Notes under the pieces: model-generated
Database searches by the model: none
Told to the model about the DNA's origin: nothing
The model's input: the letters and a program-made list of their open reading frames with translations, nothing else
Source of the DNA: a virus
Lineage: Duplodnaviria; Caudoviricetes
Virus record (IMG/VR): IMGVR_UViG_2595698952_000001
Span: 1 to 64,000 of that record
Length of the DNA stretch: 64,000 nucleotides
Strand: one strand, 5' to 3'
Part shown: piece after piece, positions 58,009-64,000 of the stretch
Numbering within the stretch: the stretch's first letter is position 1
Layout: each line of letters starts with the position of its first letter
Translations under genes and position numbers: made by a program

Positions 58009-58608
58009 GTGGCTGCTGTTGCTCGTTTTAGTAAAGAAGGTATCATCCGTGCGAAGACTGCGATTGAAGCAGGCTACGTGAACAATCCCAACGACCTGGG
58101 CGGGGAAACCAACCACGGGATTACCATTGCAACTGCGCGTGAATTTGGCTATACCGGAAACATGCGTGACCTGACTGTTGAACAAGCGTTGGTCATCTAC
58201 GACAAAGGTTGGTGGCAGCGTATGCGCCTTGACCAGATTCTGGCCATGAACGTAATGCTGGCTGACCGCCTGTTCGACTTCGGTATTAACGCCGGTCGTG
58301 CAAACGCCATCAAATCCTTGCAGCGTGTGCTGAACGTGTTAAACCGTCAAGGTAAACTGTACAGCGACATTGATGCGGATGGTGGTATCGGGACGTTGAC
58401 TCTGACGGCACTGGCAGGCTTTATCAAAGCCCGTGGTGCAGAGGGTCTGAACCGTCTGATGTTTGCCCTGACCTGTCACCAGGTGGCGTACTACACGGAA
58501 ATCAGTGAGAAGCGTGTACAGAACGAAGAGTTCACGTACGGCTGGTACGACCGTGTGTACAAAGAGATGCCGGACTACGTTGTCCAGCTGGGAATGTGCT
58601 CAAAATGA
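58009..58608 (+). CDS. Endolysin, glycoside hydrolase family 108 with C-terminal peptidoglycan-binding domain
   Basis: EAGYVNNPNDLGGETNHGIT, LFDFGINAG, LQRVLN, DGGIG..TL and F..GW..RV. Confidence 0.9.
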   Translation: MAAVARFSKEGIIRAKTAIEAGYVNNPNDLGGETNHGITIATAREFGYTGNMRDLTVEQALVIYDKGWWQRMRLDQILAMNVMLADRLFDFGINAGRANAIKSLQRVLNVLNRQGKLYSDIDADGGIGTLTLTALAGFIKARGAEGLNRLMFALTCHQVAYYTEISEKRVQNEEFTYGWYDRVYKEMPDYVVQLGMCSK

Positions 58609-58712
58609 AATCCAACTGGTTCATCACGTTAATGCGTGCGGTCGGACGTGCTCTGTTAGCGGCAATGCGGAGAAAACGTCATGACAAACCCGAAAGCGGA
58701 TTCAAAGCCTGA
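58605..58712 (+). CDS. 35-aa cationic amphipathic peptide (absent from the ORF track)
   Basis: ATGA overlap with the endolysin stop. MKSNWFITLMRAVGRALLAAMRRKRHDKPESGFKA. Confidence 0.55.
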   Translation: MKSNWFITLMRAVGRALLAAMRRKRHDKPESGFKA

Positions 58713-58767
58713 CGCAGGCTTCTTCAAACTGTTACGGGCCATCTTTCTGCGAAGAGTGGTCGAGTAG
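58681..58767 (+). CDS. 28-aa peptide with amphipathic cationic C-terminal half (absent from the ORF track)
   Basis: GGAG RBS. MTNPKADSKPDAGFFKLLRAIFLRRVVE. Confidence 0.5.
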   Translation: MTNPKADSKPDAGFFKLLRAIFLRRVVE

Positions 58768-58775
58768 GCACACCC

Positions 58776-59417
58776 ATGGAAAAGCTCAACTATAAGCTGT
58801 TAGAGAAGCCGTGGTTCGTTCTCACGGAAGATTTCCACTTCGTCTTTACCTTACGGTCGCTTTACCGTGAAGTCGGTGGAATGGATGAGATGGTGAAATT
58901 GTCAGGCGTGTTGCCCGACAAAGAACTGTTTGTGACTGCACCCAAAGGTTTCGTAACCGACATGGCCAGTATCCCTGAACCGCTCCAACCTATCCTGCAT
59001 CCGGATGGGCCGTGGGCGGCAGCAGCCTGTGTCCATGACCTGTTCTACCAGAAGTGTTCCAGCGTGGGGGTTTATCCAACCGGTGATGCGGGCGATCTCT
59101 CTCGTGCGGTGGATAAACGGTTCGCGGACATTATGTTCCTGCGGATTATGGAAGCGCTCGGGGTTGACCCGTTTATTCGCAAGTCGTTTTACGAAGCGGT
59201 TCACCAGTTTGGTTGGCCGTCATACGTGGACAACAACGCGAAAGTTCAATACAGCCACCCGGTGGAGAAAACCCTGACGTATAATCGCAACTACCTGTTC
59301 ATTCGTGAGCAGTGTGAAGTGGCGATTCCGGAACACGAGCGGGTAGACCTCACCACAGGACATTCCGTCAATGTGAAGTATTTGAACATTAAACGGGCTT
59401 TCCTGAGCCTCGATTAA
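58776..59417 (+). CDS. DUF1353 domain protein
   Basis: PKGFVTDMASIP, AACVHDLFY, AD.MF..IM and YEAVHQFG. Confidence 0.85.
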   Translation: MEKLNYKLLEKPWFVLTEDFHFVFTLRSLYREVGGMDEMVKLSGVLPDKELFVTAPKGFVTDMASIPEPLQPILHPDGPWAAAACVHDLFYQKCSSVGVYPTGDAGDLSRAVDKRFADIMFLRIMEALGVDPFIRKSFYEAVHQFGWPSYVDNNAKVQYSHPVEKTLTYNRNYLFIREQCEVAIPEHERVDLTTGHSVNVKYLNIKRAFLSLD

Positions 59418-59490
59418 TTCGTAAGGTCATTTATCGTCTTACGGATTAAAAGCGCTTAGAACGCTTCCTAGGCGCTTGTAGGGGGCAAAT

Positions 59491-59540
59491 AAAGAAAGAA
59501 TTACCCACTCCTTTGCGGGAGTGGGTAATCTCTTTTATTT
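59491..59540. terminator. Bidirectional intrinsic terminator
   Basis: ATTACCCACTCC...GGAGTGGGTAAT with flanking A- and T-runs. Confidence 0.85.
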
Positions 59541-60050
59541 CGCGTCGACTTTGTCTGTCGTTTCGCTTGGAGACGGGGTAATTAACACGGGTACCGATGG
59601 CTGGTCGAGGGGCCCGATGATACAACGGAAGAAGGTCATGCCGGAACCGCTGCCCGTCAGTGGGCTGACAGTTGAATAATCAAACGACGGTGAGCCTGTC
59701 AGTAATCCGTTGGTACGGTAAAAGCGTTTCCCCGACTTGGTATCGATGTTCCCGTCAATCTTACCGGTGGCATCTTTATACAACTGCGGTGCTTCTAACT
59801 TACCACCGTCCCAGGTCGCTACCCAATTCGCCCCTACATCCATAACCGTAACGGCACGAGGGAAAACAGCGATGCTGGAAGCAACGGGTCGGTAATCAAC
59901 AAATTCCGTCTCCACACCCGTACAGGTGTAGATGACCATATCGTGATTAGTGACAGGGACAGTGGAGAACTGTCCTTTATCATCTGCGTTCATGGCACAA
60001 CCTGAAAGCAACATGATAAACGCGAGCACGCACAACAAGTGCTTGGTCAT
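59535..60050 (-). CDS. Lipoprotein
   Basis: Signal peptide with lipobox LLSG-C. Confidence 0.8.
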   Translation of the reverse strand: MTKHLLCVLAFIMLLSGCAMNADDKGQFSTVPVTNHDMVIYTCTGVETEFVDYRPVASSIAVFPRAVTVMDVGANWVATWDGGKLEAPQLYKDATGKIDGNIDTKSGKRFYRTNGLLTGSPSFDYSTVSPLTGSGSGMTFFRCIIGPLDQPSVPVLITPSPSETTDKVDAK

Positions 60051-60184
60051 GATGAGGTTCCTGTTCGGTGAAGGTTAGTTTTATTCCAGACGAGATTAAC
60101 AATCGTCATATAAACCTAATAATAGCGTGAATTTTTATTGCTTTTTATATGCACCCCAACAGCCTGTTGTAAGAGGAACTACCC

Positions 60185-60709
60185 ATGGCAAAAACAGCAC
60201 GAGCGCAATTTATTGCGATGTTCAACGCGGATAACACTGGTCTGGCGCAAGCACTGGTCGAAGCAGATGTTACCTTTGGCGCAGTGGCCGAATATGACCC
60301 TGCCGATGAGGCCGATACCCGCAACTCCAAAGTGACGCTGACTGCCGTTGCAGAAAGCACGCACTTTACCGGGGAAAAGGAATTCCACTTCACCCGTCTG
60401 GCTGCAAACATCGTTGGTGCGAAAGCAGTTACCGATGACCAGGCCGACTGGGACACCGATGCCGAAGTCCTGGCATTCCTGAATGCTGACGTTATCTCCG
60501 CTGGTAAAGCGGATGATGCGTTTGCACTCAGCGAGCTGGACATTGTTCGTACCGATGGTGCGGATGATGCGAAAGTGATTACCGTCACTATCAAAGCCGG
60601 TCACCTGAAGTTCCTGCCAGGCGATGTGGCAGTCTACACCATTACGCAAGAGATCACTAAAACTGACCTCTCTACCACAAATGGTGAGCTCAACGGTTTC
60701 ACAGCTTAA
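60185..60709 (+). CDS. Virion paralog-family protein (anchor domain only)
   Basis: VTFG, RNSKVTLTA..FTG.KEFHFTRL, ends DLSTTNGELNGF. Confidence 0.75.
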   Translation: MAKTARAQFIAMFNADNTGLAQALVEADVTFGAVAEYDPADEADTRNSKVTLTAVAESTHFTGEKEFHFTRLAANIVGAKAVTDDQADWDTDAEVLAFLNADVISAGKADDAFALSELDIVRTDGADDAKVITVTIKAGHLKFLPGDVAVYTITQEITKTDLSTTNGELNGFTA

Positions 60710-60732
60710 TAAGCTACTAAAACCGCTATTCA

Positions 60733-60765
60733 CGGGAGACCATTAGGTCTCCCGCTTTTTATTTT
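60733..60765 (+). terminator. Intrinsic terminator
   Basis: CGGGAGACC-ATTA-GGTCTCCCG followed by a T-run. Confidence 0.85.
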
Positions 60766-60791
60766 GTTTACTTTAACGGAGTGAAGTAAGT

Positions 60792-61298
60792 ATGGCTAAG
60801 TCGTTGCAAGAACTGTTTGTCGATATGATCAACGAAGTCAATCCAGATTTAGGGTTAACGCTCAGTGACGTCACATTCGGTGCGCCTTCCGAATACACCC
60901 CTGCGGATTCAGGGGACACCCGTAATACCGTGTTGACCTTAGTGGCAAAAGATGACAGCCCGAATTTCAAGGGCAGTAAAGATTACCACTTCTTCCGCTT
61001 CAATTTCACTAACCCTGGCGGTGTCACTACCCCAACATTAACCACCGGGGATTTGATTGGGAACTGGCAGGACGATGCAAAGGTCTTGATGGTCATGAAC
61101 ATGATGCTGCCGAATTACAAACTGACAGCAGAAGAGATTGGCATCGAACGCGTGACCGTGGATGCCACCACGTTAGATGTACGCATCACCATCGACCCGA
61201 ATCATTTAAAGTGGCACGGGACATTTGTGACACGCGTAATCGACGAAGGGAAAACCAACCTGCAATGGTTGAATCCCGAGTTGAGCGGGTTCAAATAA
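60792..61298 (+). CDS. Virion paralog-family protein (anchor domain only)
   Basis: Paralog of 60185..60709; ends NLQWLNPELSGFK. Confidence 0.75.
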   Translation: MAKSLQELFVDMINEVNPDLGLTLSDVTFGAPSEYTPADSGDTRNTVLTLVAKDDSPNFKGSKDYHFFRFNFTNPGGVTTPTLTTGDLIGNWQDDAKVLMVMNMMLPNYKLTAEEIGIERVTVDATTLDVRITIDPNHLKWHGTFVTRVIDEGKTNLQWLNPELSGFK

Positions 61299-61348
61299 AA
61301 AGAAAGCGACCTACTACCTTTACGGGTAGTAGGTCTGCTTATTTTATT
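61297..61348. terminator. Bidirectional intrinsic terminator
   Basis: GACCTACTACC...GGTAGTAGGTC between convergent genes. Confidence 0.85.
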
Positions 61349-61351
61349 CGC

Positions 61352-62020
61352 TTACAACAAGCCTTCTTCGGTCGCCACGGATTTGATACCCGTGAAGTCC
61401 TGTGCTTCAGCCAGTGTACGAATCGTACGCTTGAGTTCCGTCATCGCTGCGTGCAGCTGCGCATCACGTTCCACGATGGCTGCCAGCACCGCTTTACACG
61501 CTGCAACGTCGAACGGATGTTCTTCACTGCCTAAGCGGTTGTTCTGCGCATCCAGCCAATACCCCGGTGAGGTATCGGATTGAACGTACGAGGCCAGCGA
61601 CGCACGAGACTTCTCATCGGCTTGCAGCAGGATGCCCTGGAATTCGATGTTCTCGTGACGCTGAGTTTCGTAGCGTTCCGCGATACGGGTATAGATAGGC
61701 TGAATCTCTTGGTAGAGATAGTTTACCGTCGAGGTCAAGCCTTTGCGGATTTCGTCCAGCGGCAGCTCTAACACGGTTTCGATAAACTCTTTCGCCTTAC
61801 GCAGCGTGAACTGGGCTTCCGGTTCACTGAGGTCGTACTCACGCAGCTTTTTGACAGCCGCTTTATCCGATACCCCGTTCAACAGATGATAATGCAGCAG
61901 GGTACAGTACCCCTGCTTGGTCTCATCGTCTTTCGCCAGAATGGTCATGTAATTACCGTGGCGGTCAATCGGGTTACCGAATTCGAAGTAACGGGCCTTT
62001 ATCTCGTCATTACTAAGCAT
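61352..62020 (-). CDS. DUF4376-domain protein (family often found next to tail-fibre genes)
   Basis: C-terminal IEFQG..LQADEKSR..L...YWLDAQNN...LHAA...LK..I. Confidence 0.65.
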   Translation of the reverse strand: MLSNDEIKARYFEFGNPIDRHGNYMTILAKDDETKQGYCTLLHYHLLNGVSDKAAVKKLREYDLSEPEAQFTLRKAKEFIETVLELPLDEIRKGLTSTVNYLYQEIQPIYTRIAERYETQRHENIEFQGILLQADEKSRASLASYVQSDTSPGYWLDAQNNRLGSEEHPFDVAACKAVLAAIVERDAQLHAAMTELKRTIRTLAEAQDFTGIKSVATEEGLL

Positions 62021-62589
62021 TCAGATTCTCCTGCTAACCCGAGGTCCATCAGCAGGCCGAAGTCAACCATCTGGAAGTGTTCGGATAATTCCTCACCCCA
62101 GATAAATTTCATCTTCTCTGCTAAGTCCCCGTTCTGTTCCTGGAAGATAAAGATTTGGTGCATTTCCTCACCAAACGAGTCGAACTGATGGTTAGAACGC
62201 AGCGCGCGTACGCGCACACCGATCAAATCCGCAGCTTCCGGATTCTCCGGGTCGGCCCAGTTTAATGCCAGGCCAATCAGGTTATCGGTATCCAGGTTCT
62301 GCGTAGAGCGACGCAGGATTTCGATTTTGTGGCGCGGGAATTCCGCAACACGCTGTTCGAAGCCCGGATTACGGATGGCCACCTGCTCCACAGAGTTGTG
62401 TGTTTTCTCAACCCCGTCCAGCGGCAGAATGACGTTCAGTCCGAAGCGCACACACAGACGACGAATCTCATCAGTAAACGTGTCCGGTTCCACAATCGCG
62501 TGGATGTTGTACATGCCGTGCTTTTGCATAAACGCGGCAACAAGGTGAAGATTACGCTTCGTAAAATTGTGTATCAGCAACGACTTCAT
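61999..62589 (-). CDS. Hypothetical protein in the radical SAM operon
   Basis: 196 aa, AGGAG RBS, overlaps both neighbours. Confidence 0.7.
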   Translation of the reverse strand: MKSLLIHNFTKRNLHLVAAFMQKHGMYNIHAIVEPDTFTDEIRRLCVRFGLNVILPLDGVEKTHNSVEQVAIRNPGFEQRVAEFPRHKIEILRRSTQNLDTDNLIGLALNWADPENPEAADLIGVRVRALRSNHQFDSFGEEMHQIFIFQEQNGDLAEKMKFIWGEELSEHFQMVDFGLLMDLGLAGESECLVMTR

Positions 62590-63895
62590 TCGCTGGTGCT
62601 CCTAATTGGTTTTTCTTCTCGGCTGCTAATTTGCGATCGCGCACACAAGACACACAGTAGCACTGGGTCTTATCGTTCAGATCGGTATAACGGGTAGTAC
62701 CGGTTTTCTGGTAGAAGTATTCTGCTACCAACAGTTTGGCGGTAGTCCAGCCACACTGACGACGCTCAGCGTGATACGCTTTACGGTCTTCCATTTCCCC
62801 GTCACCGTTCTCGTATGATGCCGCGGCACAACTACCACACGCGTGCTTCATCGGACAACCCAGGCACGTTTCTGGATAGTTGGTGTACTGCGTTTGAATT
62901 TCGTTCAACAGCTTATTGTCATCGATATTGACAATCTCACGGCCACGCAGTTCTGCGATAGCCTGACGTGTCGTTACCGTGGACATAAAGCGGTTACAGC
63001 CGTAAATCTTGCGGTCGAAGCCCAGGCAGGTCATGTGGGTTACGGTACCGCAGAACGGACGCACACGCTCCGGGTTCAGACGCGTTGCTTCGTCGTCCAG
63101 GAGCTTCTGACGCCAATCCGGGTCCCAGGTTGCCATGAAGTCCAGGCCATCCGGGAAGATGTGGGTCAGGCGGTTACGTGGGTCTTTCTCAAACCCTTTG
63201 TCGAACCAGTAGTCAATCACGTCCATCATCTGCAACGCAATCGACATTGCCATGGTGCGCGGCAGAATGTCTTCGTACGTGACGTTACCGGAAATGGTAC
63301 CGCCGCCGGTGACGTCCATCAGGTGCTTCATGGACTCGGCGTATTTCGGCAGGGTCTCAGAGGTAAAGGTGGCTTTGATACCCAGTTCCAGGATACCGAC
63401 CGATTTCAGGTAGTTGTAACCACGCATCGCTTTTTCGTACGACCCTTCACGGGTAGTCGTAAAGATACGATAACGGTCATGCACTTCCGGCAGACCATCG
63501 ATAGACACGCCGATGGACAGTTTGTCACGCCAGCGTTCGATAATCTCGCGGTTCAGCGGCTTGTCGAATAACGTGCCGTTCGTCGAGATGGAGAAGATAA
63601 CGTCACGGTTATCACGCTTCGCCAGTTCTTCGGCCGTTTCAAATACGGCTTTCAGAATCTTCGGCTGCATCATGGGTTCACCACCGATGATATCGATGAT
63701 AACTTCCACGTTCTTCAAATGACGGTCACGGTCGAAACACGCATGAATGAAGTCCACTGCATCATCGGCTTTATTGTTACGCGGGTATTTACGCTCGTAG
63801 CAATATTCACAGTCGAGGTTACAGGAGAGGTTGGTCACCACCTGATAGGTTTTGGTGATTTTGGGCTCTTGGGCCGGTGCTTTGGTATCACGCAT
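62552..63895 (-). CDS. Radical SAM/SPASM-domain protein, peptide-maturase-like
   Basis: CNLDCEYC (CxxxCxxC), IGGEP, STNG and SIDG; SPASM Cys in FCG...IYGCNRF and CLGCPMKHACGSC...C. Confidence 0.9.
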   Translation of the reverse strand: MRDTKAPAQEPKITKTYQVVTNLSCNLDCEYCYERKYPRNNKADDAVDFIHACFDRDRHLKNVEVIIDIIGGEPMMQPKILKAVFETAEELAKRDNRDVIFSISTNGTLFDKPLNREIIERWRDKLSIGVSIDGLPEVHDRYRIFTTTREGSYEKAMRGYNYLKSVGILELGIKATFTSETLPKYAESMKHLMDVTGGGTISGNVTYEDILPRTMAMSIALQMMDVIDYWFDKGFEKDPRNRLTHIFPDGLDFMATWDPDWRQKLLDDEATRLNPERVRPFCGTVTHMTCLGFDRKIYGCNRFMSTVTTRQAIAELRGREIVNIDDNKLLNEIQTQYTNYPETCLGCPMKHACGSCAAASYENGDGEMEDRKAYHAERRQCGWTTAKLLVAEYFYQKTGTTRYTDLNDKTQCYCVSCVRDRKLAAEKKNQLGAPANEVVADTQFYEA

Positions 63896-64000
63896 TGCGA
63901 TTTAACCCCGCTTGTATTACACGATTCATGTACTGGTAAGCGTCATAGCCAATGACTTCGGCCAGACGGTTACAGCCCGAGTTCAACACATCTATGGCAT
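63888..64000 (-). CDS. C-terminal end of the upstream operon gene (partial)
   Basis: Open frame ...AIDVLNSGCNRLAEVIGYDAYQYMNRVIQAGLNRNA*, whose stop overlaps the radical SAM start. Confidence 0.6.
   Translation of the reverse strand, partial: AIDVLNSGCNRLAEVIGYDAYQYMNRVIQAGLNRNA

Noticed and set aside
1-64000. CRISPR array, tRNA or rRNA genes
   Set aside because: No regularly spaced direct repeats or cloverleaf/T-loop signatures noticed, and intergenic gaps are short and explained by terminators or promoters. This was by eye only; tRNAscan was not run.

Overview
This window is part of a phiKZ-like (Chimalliviridae-type, SPN3US/Erwinia phiEaH2-like) jumbo myophage genome, about 50% GC, densely coding and mostly on the + strand. 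The assignment rests on recalled family motifs and gene order; no database search was run. From left to right: (1) a core block with a non-virion RNAP beta N-terminal subunit, the portal (minus strand), phiKZ gp128/gp139-like virion proteins and RuvC; (2) about 27 kb of accessory genes, including GNATs, a SLOG/DprA-like protein, two AXE-motif head-protein paralogs, dTMP kinase, an XRE HTH protein, Dam, a 2OG-Fe(II)-like protein, a TYW3-like pair, a probably inactive prohead-protease paralog, a QueC-like protein, DUF488 and many ORFans, with a recurring early-promoter motif; (3) an AmsF/WceF-like tailspike-fold protein followed by a 16-gene array of paralogous virion proteins, whose last nine genes form a three-gene cassette repeated three times; (4) a GH108 endolysin followed by two unannotated cationic amphipathic micro-ORFs, DUF1353 and a lipoprotein; (5) a minus-strand operon with a radical SAM/SPASM peptide-maturase-like enzyme and a DUF4376 protein, running off the right edge. 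The best candidates for new biology are a modular adhesin/fibre system possibly assembled by donor-strand complementation, a phage-borne CXXX-repeat-type radical SAM maturase, and disruptin-like lysis peptides. No tRNA, rRNA, CRISPR array, integrase or transposase was recognised.
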